Below, piece after piece: positions 36,262-50,482 of a stretch of DNA of 64,000 nucleotides. Under the pieces are notes generated by a model. That model was not told where the DNA came from. It saw nothing but the letters and a program-made list of their open reading frames with translations, and did not search any database. Within the stretch, counting starts at the first letter, position 1; each line of letters begins with the position of its first letter. This stretch comes from Octopus sinensis (taxonomy: Eukaryota). The DNA lies in assembly GCF_006345805.1 (NCBI RefSeq), contig NC_042999.1, forward strand, positions 27,218,001 to 27,282,000. The letters are read 5' to 3'. Position numbers and translations under genes: made by a program.

Positions 36262-39200
36262 GAGGAGGAGGAGGAGGAGGAGAAGGAAGAAGAAGAAAAA
36301 GAAGAGGAAGGGGAGGAGGGGGAGGAAGAAGAAGAAGAAAAGAAGAGGAGGGGGGAGGGGGAGGAAGAAGAAGAAAAGAAGAGGAGGGGAGGAGGAGGAG
36401 GAGGAAGAAGAAGAAGAAGAAGAAGAAGCAGAGGAGCAGCAACAGTAGTAGGTAGTAGTATTGGTAGTGGTTGTGGCTATGGTAATAACAATAGTAGTAG
36501 TAGTCTGAAATTTAAACTGCAACATCATTTCTAATTGCTCACCAATAATGTTGTTCTTCTTATTGTTGTTGTTTAACCCAAAATAATTCTGATGCAGTTG
36601 TTTATGATCAAATATGTGCTAGCAATTAACATCTCATCGAATGGGTAGAATTTTAAGATGAAGTTGTGGGTAATTTCGCTGTTATTTCTAGTGGTTGAGT
36701 AACCCCCATATAAAGACTCATTGATTGCTTCTTCTATAGTTACATTGGAGACATCCAACTGGATGTGCCATTAGACTGTTGCACTGATTTTTATGTACCA
36801 CTGATGACAGGTGTGCTTTTCTTCCTTTCAGGATCGATAAAAATAACCATAAATCCAAGGTGAGAGATTGGTGAAACAGTTAGAGAGTGTAGCAAGATGC
36901 TTAAGGTTTGTTCCAGACCGGCAGAGACCCCCTCCCTCAGCTTTGCTAAGCTATAAAACTTCAATTACTTATATGTGCCAGTTATCATGTGTATGTGCTG
37001 ACTGTGTCTTCAATTCAAGAAATTAAATTTACTATTTCTAAAAAAAAAACTAGAAAACAGATGCCACACTTTAAAGAGTTTATTTAGACAATACAGTAAA
37101 TTAATAATTAAAATAAATAAATAAATGTCTTGCTTTATGGTCTCGGGGCAAAATATATCCCTATACACTGACAATCTATTATTTCTCGTAAAAATAGTTT
37201 ATTTTAAATTAATTAGAAGAGCACAAATTTTATTTAAGTATAATAGACACAGCACATCGATACGTTTTTGATTTGTCTCTCACTTTCTTGGCTTTTAATT
37301 AAATAAAGACTCTCAATCATAAATAACTATTTTAGTGCTTTAATAATAGACAGGCCAAAACAATTATAGCCTGCTTCAAACACAATGCAATTTTCTCGAT
37401 TTAATTATTACTGGGTATGCTTCATTGTTCGGTGTCTTCATATACATTATCTTGTTTTCACACATCATCTGGTTATATGTTTATGAGATTCCTGAAACAG
37501 AAGAACCAATTTTAGAAAGCCCAAGCATATCACTTAATTTACTATTTATGATGCTGTATACCTTAACACACTGGTTTGCTGAAGCATCGCTAAAAATACA
37601 TTGTCTTACATCTTTTTCCTTTAATTAGTACGAAGTGAAGGTGCTGAGTTCTTAATATGGGAAGTTCTCCGAAGTTTTATTTTTTTTTTAAATTGGCGCT
37701 TCTAGGTAAAACATTAATAACGAACTTGCAAGTTAGTTTCTATGTGAACTCGTAACAGTAAAAACACAATTACCATTAACTTTCACTCGACTCTCATTAA
37801 CAAAATGCCACTGTAGGTAATGTATTTCGAGAAATACTGTCTTAATAAAAATTACTTAGCATGATTATGGTGAGAATACCTTGGGTTATTATAGGTCTCC
37901 TCAATCAGCGCTGGCTTATGCTTAAACAGTAACATCATGAACAACAAGAGAAAAATGCGGCAAAGGCGAAGTATAATGCCGGCTTCTAGACATGATAGAC
38001 ATAGAAACCTAATAGTAACGTCTCATACACACGGTAACGTGCCGTAAACAAGGCATAACGAATAGCTGTCCTAAATATATCCTGCGCGAAAAGATAGATG
38101 GTCATGGTTGGAAAGACTGATCAGAAGTCTGCTAGCTCAAGGCTGACACATGTTTAAGCAGATACAACAAAATAAATAAGAAAAGAGATTCGGCTGATAG
38201 TGTCCTTGCGGAAGATACGCTGAGTTTATGGATTTGTGGTGGGGTTTACAGAGCTATTGTTTCTGTTGATGGTGGTTGCACTAATGGTCTTATCTGATTG
38301 AACATTGGGCAGTGAGGTCACTCAGAATTTGTATTAATTATACAGTTTTCCTAATGCTTATATAAATGAACTATACCTGCTCATTGTAACTCTATTTTTC
38401 AAAACTGTTCATGGCTTAGCGAGACAGCGAACGTCAGTATCTATGGCATTTTAGGGGCTAGAGAAAGGAAATACGTTCTCCTCAGACCGGTGATATGGAC
38501 GGAACGCTGGTACGAAAGTAGAATTTTCAGAGACACCAATATGTCAGGTGGTGGTGTTAAAGTTTAACGCTTCAGCTTTTTCTCCAGCTTCTTGGTCACT
38601 TGTGAATTTATATGTCAATAACTTCCTTAAATATCCGCAGTTTTATTTCGTTTGTTTAGCTTTATCTAACTCAAATGACTGCTTAAGTGGAATTATTTAA
38701 TTTACTTGTCTAGACTTATCTATCTACAACGCGATTGTCTAGGTTTAATTACCTAATTTAAGTGTCTAGAATTATCAAAAATGATTGTCATAAATCAAAT
38801 TCAGCACAAAATGTCTGTTTGTTTTTGCTTCACTTCTCATTATAAATCATATCAGTCATGGCACCAATTCTTCCTTTCGTTGAATCATTAGCTATTTCCG
38901 TAGAGAAATACCTTAGCTAAGTTGATGGGAGTGGACAGTCATAGGTAGACTGTTGGTAAGGTTGATATACTCTGGTAAAGCAAGTTAAAAACCTAAACTC
39001 ATTATAAGCTACATCTTAAGATGCCATACTTATGATTTATAAGAAATATTAATTACTTAGAGTGTTGCTGTTTATCACTGAATAACCTTGTTTATCACCG
39101 ACTGTGATGAGTTATGATCATCGTGTAATTTAGATATAATCTACTTGGGACTATATTATCAAAAATATCCTTTTGAAAGCAGCGAGGCGTGTTTTAATGG

Positions 39201-39629
39201 AGACTTTTTTCCTAATTCTAATAACCTGAAAGACCAAAAAGATTTGTGGGAGTAGGGTAGAAACAGAACCTACGTTTCAAATTCAGTTTATCCTTGCATA
39301 TTCAGTTCGCCGTTGCGTGCTCAAATTGTCATTGTATTCTCGGCTAACCTTTGCTTATTATGCTTAACACTGTATACTCATTTCACCCTTCCACACTCAG
39401 CTTAATGTTATATATCCAGTTCACCATTGAATCGTACTCAGTTTCTTGCTACATACTTAATCTTAGTGTTTCATACGTAATTTGCCATTCCTAATCCTCT
39501 TACCGTTACATGCACGTTACATACTCGCTTATCTATCCATATTCAGTTTACAATGAAAACAATGATTTTCAGGCAAAGGTACTATAAATACTCTCATTTT
39601 CCCTGTGAAATTAAATATATATATTGGAC

Positions 39630-39845
39630 GATATATATATATAGTGACCGCGTGTGTATCGTTGGCGATTTTATTTCTCCATCTTCCCTTCCTTGGACCT
39701 TTCCCTTTTCTATGTTTCTGACGAAGAGCTCCAATCGAAACGTTAAATCCTCCTTCTTTCTTTCTTTTCCTGATCGTCCAATAACACTATACTTGTTCCT
39801 CGTCCTTCGTTGTTGTGTTTTCATGTTTGGATTAACTATATATAT
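39630..39845 (+). mobile_element. (TA)n-embedded PLE-terminus-like repeat with hammerhead-like motif
   Basis: ttt-ctgacga-a-gagctccaatc-gaaacgtt-aaa at ~39715-39747. Confidence 0.55.
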
Positions 39846-40027
39846 ATATAAAGAAAAAAGATATGACAGAATAAATAACGGTAATATGAATTTCATTAGC
39901 TTACTGTTGTTTATTTTACAGCTGTAAGTCATTGAATTTTATAGCATAACCAATGTTTTTCCTGTGTCTTATCTTTTTCTTTATTATCGATTTATACTCA
40001 TCAAGCACCTTGTCTTGAAACACATAC

Positions 40028-40083
40028 ATTGAGTTCTACACCAGGTTATTGAGTTCTACACTAGATTATTGAATTCTACACCA
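40028..40083. repeat. 20-bp unit x~3
   Basis: attgagttctacac(c/t)ag repeated. Confidence 0.85.
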
Positions 40084-41572
40084 TGCAATGTCTAACTTAA
40101 TTGCACCGTCTGATAGGATCTGTTGAATTATTTTAAAATTTTGTGGTGTCGTGGCTCATTCAAACAGTGAGTTGTTGTGGACTGGGATATATCCAGGTAT
40201 AGGTGGCTTATGCAGTAACCTTTGAAGATATTTGTCTGGAAATAGTTTGAAGGTGTTAGTATCTTTTTCTTCTTAGATTAGTTTTGGGATAATGTGAAAT
40301 AGAGCAAGGCTTGTAGAAGAAACGAATTTACGTTGTAGTGTATTTAAGTGTTATGAGCCTGAATTGTGCAGGGGTCGTACGACACACGGCACCAACCTTG
40401 GATGAATTCTGAATCTAATATTAAGATCGTTCTGGCAATGATGGTGGTACATTTTCCATGGTGTTCAAATGCTGTAGTACTCACGACAGCGCTTGAGACA
40501 ATGCAATTCCAATCTAGCTATGGATGCACTATTGTTGAAGTTCGTGTCTAGGCTCGAACATGTACATCTTTCATTATGGAGCCTAAAACTAATAACATTA
40601 TTATTTTCCGAAGGGGAGACTTTAAATATTGATATAATTTAAAATAGCAATGAAACCATAGAATTCGATCGTTTAACCCAAGTTACAGAAAATGGTTTGA
40701 AACTCCTAGTGAGACTGAATACACAGGATGTGAATCTGCTTGGTTATGTTTAGTCAATAAGGGTAATTTATTTCTTAATCCACTGTGTTCTTTCAACAGT
40801 TTCAGTAATATAGCTAAGATTACCCGTTATTCAAATCTATCTAACAGCGTAATTGAAAGCAGCTGACGAAATCATTTATCTTGTAAGTGAATAAATATAA
40901 AGAGAGGTTGATCTTACTTGCTCGGCCATGCTGATAAATGTACCAAACTGTATGCTTCAAGAATTTCTCTCGTAATTTAACCAACGACTTATCTAATGTA
41001 AGTTCACCTTAGATGATTCGACATTAAACTAAAGGAAGTTTGTAATTAATGCTTAGTGAGTTATAGGCAAGAAATAGTGGAGCTGGTTTTAAATGAATCT
41101 TTGAAAGAAATGAAATGTAAATGTGATAGAGATCAGACAAATCTACTATCATTTCAAGTCCTATATCATGTTTACTCAGCAAAGAGAAAATTGTGATGTG
41201 AATAGCTGCGTTGTAATGAGAAGTTATACCTAGAAAATCTTTTAATCTCATATGCTTTCTCTTTCAGGATTGTAACCACTCAAAAACCGCCAACCCTGTG
41301 TACGTTTAATTATCATCATTTAACTAATAATCTAAAATATTTTAAATTGGAAAATTGAGAATTCATTATATTAAACTCACACACATAAATATATGTATGT
41401 ATATATGCATGTATGTGTGTTTGTATGTGTATGTTTGTGTGTGTATGTTTTTTATGTATGCATGTATATATGTATAATATATATATATATGTGTGTGTGT
41501 GTTTGTGTATGTGTATACATACAGGCATACATATAATAAATACACACATCTATCTATCTCTCTAACTGTGTA

Positions 41573-42370
41573 GGCGCTGCCGTGACTATATGGTGAGATA
41601 CTTTCTTCCCATCCACATGATTCTGGGCCCAGTCCCACTGGGTGACACCACGGTCAAGTGCCTTTATCTATAGCCTCGGGCCGACCAAAGACTTGCGAGT
41701 GGATTTGGTAGACGGAAAAAGACCGTAGCATACGTATATATGTATATGCATCTATGTGTGTGTTTGTGTCTGTGTTTGTCTCCCCACCGTCCCTTGACAA
41801 CTGATATTGGTAAGTTTCCCGTAACTTAGCGGTTCGGCAAAAAGGACAGATAGAATAAGTATTTAGCCTACAAAGAATAAGTCTAGGATGCGATTTGTTC
41901 GACTGAAACTCTTTAAGTTGGTGTGTGGAGGCACAATGGCCCAGTGGTTAGGGCAGCGGACTCGCGGTCATAGGATCGCGGTTTCGATTCCCAGACCGGG
42001 CGTTTTGAGTGTTTATTGAGCGAAAACACCTAAAGCTCCACGAGGCTCCGGCAGGGGATGGTGGTGATCCCTTCTGTACTCTTTCACCACAACTTTCTCT
42101 CACTCTTACTTCCTGTTTCTGTTGTACCTGTATTTCAAAGGGCCGGCCTTGTCACTCTCTGTGTCACGCTGAATATCCCCGAGAACTACGTTAAGGGTAC
42201 ACGTGTCTGTGGAGTGCTCAGCCACTTACACGTTAATTTCACGAGCAGGCTGTTCCATTGATTCGGATCAACCGGAACCCTCGTCGTCGTAACCGACGGA
42301 GTGCTTCCACCTTAAGTTGGTGTTCCAGCATGATCGCATTCTAATGACTGAACTGAAACAAGTAACAGAG
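41573..42370 (+). mobile_element. SINE S2 host interrupted by SINE S3
   Basis: S2 body continues after 42312 (ggtgttccagcatg..gaaacaagtaa). Confidence 0.8.
41925..42311 (+). mobile_element. Full-length young SINE S3
   Basis: 12-bp TSD ttaagttggtgt (41913-41924 / 42312-42323); tRNA-like head. Confidence 0.92.
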
Positions 42371-42515
42371 TATATGTATGTATGTATGTATGTAAGTATG
42401 TATGTATGTATGTATGAATGTATGTATGTAAGTATGTACATATAAGAATTTTTTGCGTAATAAGATAAGAAGCTAAGGCTGTGTAGATATTTGTACATTT
42501 ATAGATAATGTGTCA

Positions 42516-42948
42516 GATCATTTCGGTTTGAACGGCAGTTTTTAACATAATTTCTAGGTAACTAGAAAATTTTGAACTTCGTATACTGGAAGAATGTGTT
42601 TATAAAACATCTTTTTCTCTTGAGAAAATTCTATGGTTTGTAAGATATTTGTTGTTTTTGTTTTTGTTTTTTTTTGTTTTTGTTTTTTCTTCAATTTCTG
42701 CAATTTCAACCAATCGCTGACGTGTATTGAGGTGAAAAAACATTTTGTGCCGTATGAATATGTCCCTCATTTAAGAAACAGGCTGGGTTTATTTAAATTT
42801 GTGAAGAAAAAAAGATACCCTTCTCCCCACCCCTAACTCTAAAACAGATTCAAATGCAATAGATCGATACTAGGATCGTAATTATGGGTGACAATTTCAT
42901 ATGACACCGCTAGAAAAAAAACTGACGTTCAAACCGAAAAGATCCAAT
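42516..42948. mobile_element. MITE with ~28-bp TIRs
   Basis: gatcatttcggtttgaacggcagttttt / aaaaactgacgttcaaaccgaaaagatc. Confidence 0.8.
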
Positions 42949-42969
42949 GTGTATAAATATATATATATA

Positions 42970-43006
<37 letters not shown>

Positions 43007-43015
43007 TTACTTGTT

Positions 43016-43400
43016 GTGGAGGCGCAATGGCCCAGTGGTTAGGGCAGCGGACTCGCGGTCGTAGGATCGCGGTTTCGATTCCCAGACCGGGCGTTGTGAG
43101 TGTTTACTGAGCGAAAACACCTAATGCTCCACGAGGCTCCGGCAGGGGATGGTGGTGATCCCTGCTGTACTCTTTCACCACAACTTTCTCTCACTCTTAC
43201 TTCCTGTTTCTGTTGTACCTGTATTTCAAAGGGCCGGCCTTGTCACTCTCTATGTCACGCTGAATATCCCCGAGAACTACGTTAAGGGTGCACATGTATG
43301 TGGAGTGCTCAGCCACTTACACGTTAATTTCACGAGCAGGCTGTTCCGTTGATTCGGATCAACCGGAACCCTCATCGTTGTAACCGACGGAGTGCCTCCA
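43016..43400 (+). mobile_element. Full-length young SINE S3
   Basis: Highly similar to 41925-42311. Confidence 0.92.
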
Positions 43401-43725
43401 TCCATTAGTATAGCGGCTGTCGAGGAAATGGATATTACCCAAAAAGTAGACTGACAGATAAACTTTACTGAACTATGTTTCTTCTTTCACTGTTGCTATT
43501 TTCAATCCAATTTTGACTAATGATGGATTCCATCGCTTAAGAAGTAAGTGGGATAAGAAAAGTGCAACGAGTAAGATACTAAGGATTTTTATGATTAGAT
43601 TAACTGTTTACCAAAAACGTTTCTATCCTGAAGCAATGTAGAGAATTATTTTTGATTAAAGTATTTAAATAACTAAGGAAAAATGATGTTTTACTGATTT
43701 AGTTTTCCTTAGATTGTTAGTCCTA

Positions 43726-43766
<41 letters not shown>

Positions 43767-44271
43767 CAGTATTGTTCAGTGTTTATTTTATATTTGATTT
43801 GATTATATCTGTTTTTTTGTTACAAATTCATCATAATTAAATCGACACTAATTGATTTAAGTTAACGAGTAAATTACCTTAGGAATTTTGAGTTATTTCA
43901 ATAGATGCTGATATTTATTACTTAAATGTATAGCGTTTAAATAGATTTTCTTCTGTTTATTTTCAGAGAATTTTGGCGTGTACGTTAGAAAAGCAAGCTG
44001 GCTTCAGAAAATATCGATTCTGCGTGCTGGTTTCGATTCTTACTAGAAGGAGATTTACTCTAACTCTTCATTAAATCTCTTAAGGCCCGGGTTTTCTTTT
44101 TATTAAGAATTTTATTTTTTATATAGGATAACAATTAAAGAAGTTCATTCAGTTAAAATTGTCGTTACAAGATGAGTAACCTAACATCTTAGGTTTCTTC
44201 CTCTTTGTATGATAGCGTATCATGAAGTTATTAGTTTACAACCAAAGCGACGTTTACTTTCGAATTAAGTA

Positions 44272-44607
44272 CATTATTTACATTTGACGGATATTTGTCC
44301 TCATCGTCTTTGTTGTTAGCACAACGTTTCGGCTGATATACCGTCCACCTTTCATCTGGTGTCTTGTGGAAATTTCGAACCTGGGTTCTCATTCCTAAGG
44401 TCGGTTATACAAAGGCGAAACATGCCGCTCCCTCAAAATAAGGATAGAGGAAAATCGCGAAGCTGTGACACGAGGAGATATTGATAAATCGGGTATAGCT
44501 GATCATATATGGAAAAATGGAGACCACCTCGCCCTGTGGGATGAAGCGTGGTGGTTAAGAGCGCGGGCTACTAACCGCAAAATTCCAAGTTCGATTCCAG
44601 GCAGTGA

Positions 44608-44649
<42 letters not shown>

Positions 44650-44805
44650 CAACAACAACAACAATAATAATAAATAATTTAGGTATGACAACCCAGGTTC
44701 GAAATTTCCTCAAGACACCTGATGAAGTCTGGAGGGCACATCATCCGAAATTTGTGCTAACAACAAACAAGATGAGGACAAATATCCGTCAAATGTAAAT
44801 AATGA
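44272..44805. repeat. Inverted pair of ~125-bp PLE-terminus repeats with decayed hammerhead motifs
   Basis: 44272-44395 (-) mirrors 44683-44805 (+); gacac-ctgatga-a..gaaa..gtg. Confidence 0.75.
44547..44612 (+). mobile_element. Short tRNA-head SINE with (AAT)n tail
   Basis: gtggtggttaagagcgcgggctactaa..aagttcgattcc with A/B-box-like motifs, directly followed by AAT repeats. Confidence 0.6.
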
Positions 44806-44824
44806 ACGCTTACATTATTTCCCT

Positions 44825-44958
44825 TTCTTCAAAGCCCTGAACATTAGCTGCAATAATCTTTAACGCGATTCTTCAAAGCCCTGAACATTAGCTTCAATTA
44901 TCTTTAACGCAATTCTTCAAAGCCCTGAACATTAGCTTCAATAATCTTTAACGTAATT
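44825..44958. repeat. 44-bp minisatellite x3
   Basis: ttcttcaaagccctgaacattagc.. starts at 44825, 44869, 44913. Confidence 0.95.
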
Positions 44959-47900
44959 CAATGTAGAAGACGCTTCAAAGTTGCTGATACATAAGATTAT
45001 TAGATTCCCCAGTTTAGGATTTTTGACTGTATAGCGAGTAAAGATTTTGTCTTAATTGATATACACACTTTTCTTATGGACTAGAAACTGAATAATATTT
45101 TGTTCTTTTTGCATCTTTCAGCGACAGTCAATCATCGTTTGCAGGGCCTCGAAGACTAGTGAGAGAGACAAGGGCATACTCAAACCGTAGGCCTGGATAG
45201 AATGCTTGCCAAAAGATGAACTTTTCTGAAGGTAGCCGCAATGACAGCTCAAGTCTACAAGCCATGCCATGGAAAGATTTGAATTCAGAATCTAAGGAAC
45301 TGGTGCAATACTACGAAGCACTCGGTTTGATGTTCTCATAGTTCTACCAATCCATGGCCATGAGGTGGTACTTTTTATTGACTCCAAAAGTCAGATATAA
45401 TATGAACGATATCTTACCTCAGTGCAGAAGGAAGGAACAAACAATCCATGGCATTCTATCCGACATTCTCACGTCTCTTTCCGATTCGTCATCATACGTA
45501 ATTCAAGATGACGTTCTTTTTCTAATCCACTCACTTGCGTTAAGTTTGAATATACCTCACTCACTTCCATTGTTACTATGACTACTGGGGTTAATTTTAT
45601 TTTACTTTGATGCCTTAGATATGTCTCAATTTTCTAGTTAACCCAAGATTATTTCAATCTGCTCTCTTTTTTGTTTCGATATTCTTGCAAAATATGTGAT
45701 TTTATATATTATTCATTTCTTCAGTTTGAAGGAAGGAATCTCACTGCATCTACTAAAGTACGTTTTGTTCTTTTTTCAATAACAGATTCTATATGTTATT
45801 CATTCATTTTCAATATAATACCCCACAAAGATCTAACTACAACTTCTTTTCTTATTCATTCATTTTCCTACTTTCTCTTCTTTATCTACAGGTTTGCTAC
45901 TGGTTCATGTCATCAACAATACAGTACACTCAAAATTTACTGATTTCTAAGACATTCTGTTTAATGAAATTTTGTTCCTGTTACTGTTCCCCATTGTAGT
46001 GAAACCCTCCAACAAAAAAAGTAACTTGACTTTTCGTCTCTAGCTACAACTTCCCACTGAAATACATATCTCTCTTCCCTGCTTTTCATATATTATTTTC
46101 AAAATATATTCTTGTTCGGCTTCTACGAACCGGAAGAAAGCAGAAGAGGAGTGGAAAAGGTGGAGGATCTAGACTTGTTACTTATGCAGATACTTACATA
46201 CTGTCAACGTATTTCAATTTGGGCATTTGAATGTCGATTTTTGTAAACAAACGGATACGAGACTGAGTTCTAGAGCTTTAAATTTCCAATGAAAAATGTC
46301 TAGACGAATAAATCAATGCTGGAAAGATTGAAGAATGATAAGAGAAAAGCAGGCGGATCTATTGGTCTTGGAAGGATGTATTTCTGAGTATCAAAGAAGA
46401 GTAGAGTGTGGTGAAGAAGTAGCAAATGATGGGATATATGAGCTAATGTTTGAAGCCCGTTGCTGAGTAAATATTTGTCTGTTATTTCAATGATATTGCT
46501 TTGTATGGGAGTCAGAATGTTAACTGGAGTTTGCATGTGTCTAAGAGTAGTACTGCATCGTCAACTAGTATGAATGCTTTTTTTTCTCTTTTATCGTATA
46601 TGGTGCAAAATATATTTAGGTATTGTAATTTCAGAGATGAGGATCTTGCGAGTGTGCCTGGAATGTATGCAATGTTCTCTTCGTAGACTGAAAAAAATAT
46701 GGAACATTATATCAAATTGGTGTGTGATGTGATTAGTTGTTTCTAGTGTTACATTAGTGGGAGAAGGATGTTTTTATTCAGTGATAGTTGTGTTAGGTAT
46801 TATTTAGGTTCACACATGAACCTAACAAAGGCTCGAAGAGTGGTGTGAGGAAGAAATGAGCAAAGGAAAGGAAAGCAAAAAGGAGGTTATCCTAACACGT
46901 AGGACCTGGATTATGTGGGAGTAAAGAGCCAGATTTTGGTGTTAAACTGGCCAAAGAATACGCTCTTAAAGATCACCATTGACCTCGAAAACGAGCAGGC
47001 TCTATGATGAGCTCTTACATGGCTTCCATCAAGTAAACCCAACACACTTTTTCTGGGATCTATCTCACTATAGAAGACACTTACTCAAGTTACAGCGCAT
47101 TTTGATTTGAACTTGAAAGCAGGTAAGTACGAAATGAACTTGCTAACAACATGATTGTTCGAGGCACATTCGTGAACTGAAGGCGTGTTGAGTAAGCTGT
47201 CAGCTGTGTTGGAGCTTATTTTTTAAATTAAAATACAACTTTTACTTCGACATATTTCAAACTTAGGAATATCTCTTCTAGTTCAAAGCTTCCTGAGATA
47301 AACGTTGTTTCTAGTCCAATATACGTACCACCAGATGTTGTGAAGCGAGAAAATCAATAACCATTATAGAATAGAGTCGGACCAGGTTCTAAATGGTATT
47401 TATATTTAAATCTTGCTGAGTTTCTTTCTATTTTTCATTCCTTCCGGGTCGATTAAAAAAAATACTAGTCAAGGACAGGGGTCGATAGTATCTATTAATT
47501 CCTTCCCCAAATTCCAAACTTTGTGTCTTTAACATTTTCCTCTTCATCCAAAGCCTCAGCAAACATTTAAAATATCATATGCAAAGGAATGTGAAGGTTG
47601 AGAGAGACGTGCTGGTCCCTGAGAATATTTGTTGAAGAGTGGGTGATTGATTATGGTGAAGATAGACTACTCTTAGCTGGAACCTGTAGGATGAAGAGTA
47701 CGGGGGATAGGGGAAGATTTGCCATGGTACTCCGAAGAGAAAGGTGTCTGAGATTAGTGGTACTTTTTGCCCCTGAGTAGTGTCTCCTTATTTTGTTTCT
47801 TTGTATGTGCGTGCATGTGTTTGTGTGTGTATGTGTGTGTGTGTCTGTGTGTGTGTGTGTCTGTGTGTGTGTGTGTTTATATAGAGGGGAGAGAATGAGA

Positions 47901-49818
47901 GTGGTTCCGGCTAGAGAGAAAGGCACGTAAGAAATTATCTTTACAGACACATTTTACGTGTATTTCGACTAGAGTGTCTTTTCTCTGTGTAGACGCGTCT
48001 TCATATTCCCGCTACTCCTTCAATGATTATTTACTAAATAGTAAATAATCTCAAATCTTGCATCGGAAATGTCTTTCATACTACTTGGTCTCATGATATC
48101 TTACATCACTTCTCTCATATATATTACGGGCACCTCAGTCCTGCAGAGCTCTTTCTAGGTCCCTTACACCACGCACATCGAGACAAAGGTCGAATTGTTT
48201 ACTCCTTTTAACCTTCTACACTGTTTTCTTATCATCTCTTCCTCCAATCCAGAATAGATATCCCAAACCACGGCTAATGGCGTCGAATTGACTAAGCCGT
48301 TATAGCATTGGGCAAAATACATTACCTTTCATCCGTCTAAATTTGTTAAATTATTTGTTAAGAGTGATGGACTGTATGAATTTTTATAGATTTATCCAGT
48401 GTGCCTTTAACGGAGTCGATTCTTTAGACGCATTCGAGTCGGGTCACCGCTTCGATGATTCTTTCCACCCTTCCTTCCGCCATTTTCCAAGGATCAGTGA
48501 AGGATCACAGGTGCTGTCCTCCATAACTAAATGATTAAAATATGAAGAAGTTTCTACATGGTTGATGGATCTACTAGAAATGACAGCCAAATTGATTTTA
48601 AATCACTCCTAGATGTCTTAGAAGCGCCATAAAAAATATAGTTTAACTGCTACTGCCTCTTGAGAAAGGATAGGATAGTCACAGGGTACTGGATCAGCAA
48701 ATTACAGCAACCGTTGCCAGTTCGTTGCTGCATTTGCACTCATTATACCGTTTTAAAATTGCGAAGCAGAGGCAATATTTTGGGCTAAACAACAACAGCA
48801 TCAATTAATAGCAACAATAGTAATTAAAAATTATAAATATTAATTTATATCTTAATCACGCGAACACTAATTTTGAAAGAAAGGATATGCACGTCGTTTC
48901 CCGGATATTGCTGATACAAAATTTATGGTGCAGAAAGCGATAAAAGATGCGTGAAATTTGTTGCTAGTAATCTCTTTGTACGTCACAACAGGTAAACATC
49001 GATCCTTTGCAACAGTGAGATCAAAGTATAGATCAATAATAATAAGATTTCAAAACAGATAACGCAAACAAACGATCAAGACGAACATTTTATTTATTCA
49101 CCGATAATCAATATCTGAACAGTAGTTCTACTTCAAAAGTCAACGTTCTCGTATTTTACACTGTAATTATTTTACATAAGTTGATTAGCAAAAAACGTAA
49201 ATATCTCTGTTTCGCTAAGGAGATGTGATAAGACCGAAAAAGAAGATTAAAATTACATTAGATATAGAACCAAAAGTATTTTGCTTCTTACTGTACAATA
49301 ATAATTAATTATGTACATATGTACATTAAGTATATGAACTGATTGTGTAACAAAGGGCTCGGATACAATGCTTTGCAGAACTGGTTATCAATCTCTGAGG
49401 TCGAAACCAGCCGAAGTTAACTTCGAATTTTAACCTACCTCCCGGGATCAATAAAATACCTTTAAAGTATTGTGTCGATTCTTCTCTGTCTGTCTGTCTC
49501 TCTCTCTCACACTTACACGCTGACGCTTACTTATTTTCTAGAAATTATTTTCAGCGTACTGCGAGTATTGTACAAGAATTGTAAAAAGGTTTGACCAGGG
49601 CGCTATTAACCGCATTAATTGTTTAAAATATCATGGTCCTTACAAACAACACATTATGTACAAAATATAAAACATGCATATGGCACCTATTCATCTCTTT
49701 GGTTTTGGCCATTAGTTTCACTTCGGTGTTAAACCTCAAACATATATGAATAGCATAATGCATCTTTACATTAAGCAACCAGAATCTACATGAGAAACAG
49801 GGAGAGAGAAAGAAAGAA

Positions 49819-49849
<31 letters not shown>

Positions 49850-49871
49850 TGAAAGAAGGGAGGGAGGAATA

Positions 49872-49935
<64 letters not shown>

Positions 49936-50300
49936 AAAGAAAAGAATGTGCTGAGCATGTGTGTATGTCAAGAAGGAGAAAGAATGATACAGATAAACAT
50001 CTTAGACTGATTACAAAAGATTTTCACTCATTTCTTATTTTCAAAATTAAGTAATAAGGCAGCTGCTCGGTTTCTAAAGTTAAAATCCTGATGAGAGGAT
50101 ATCTAGTTAATCCCATATATAATTATGTTACTAACCCCAGGAATTGAAGGATGAAGAGTAGAGTTGGTTTCGGCAGGGTTCTCAATCGAATACTAAAGAG
50201 TGTATTTTATTAAAAATTCCACCGATTTTGCTAAGTGACTAACCTCTGGATAGAAATAGTTGCAAAAGTAGAGCTGGCATGAGTAAGACGTGATGAAGTC

Positions 50301-50345
<45 letters not shown>

Positions 50346-50360
50346 TATTATTATTTATTA

Positions 50361-50482
<122 letters not shown>

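Noticed and set aside
36820-36870. Apparent small exon (tttcag..aag/gtgaga)
   Set aside because: Sequence resembles a decayed S1 SINE body
41925-42000. tRNA genes at the heads of S1/S2/S3 repeats
   Set aside because: They continue into multi-copy SINE bodies and no complete cloverleaf acceptor stem was seen
48343-48534. GC-richer segment as a host exon
   Set aside because: No recognisable protein motif in any frame and no convincing splice pair; needs RNA-seq
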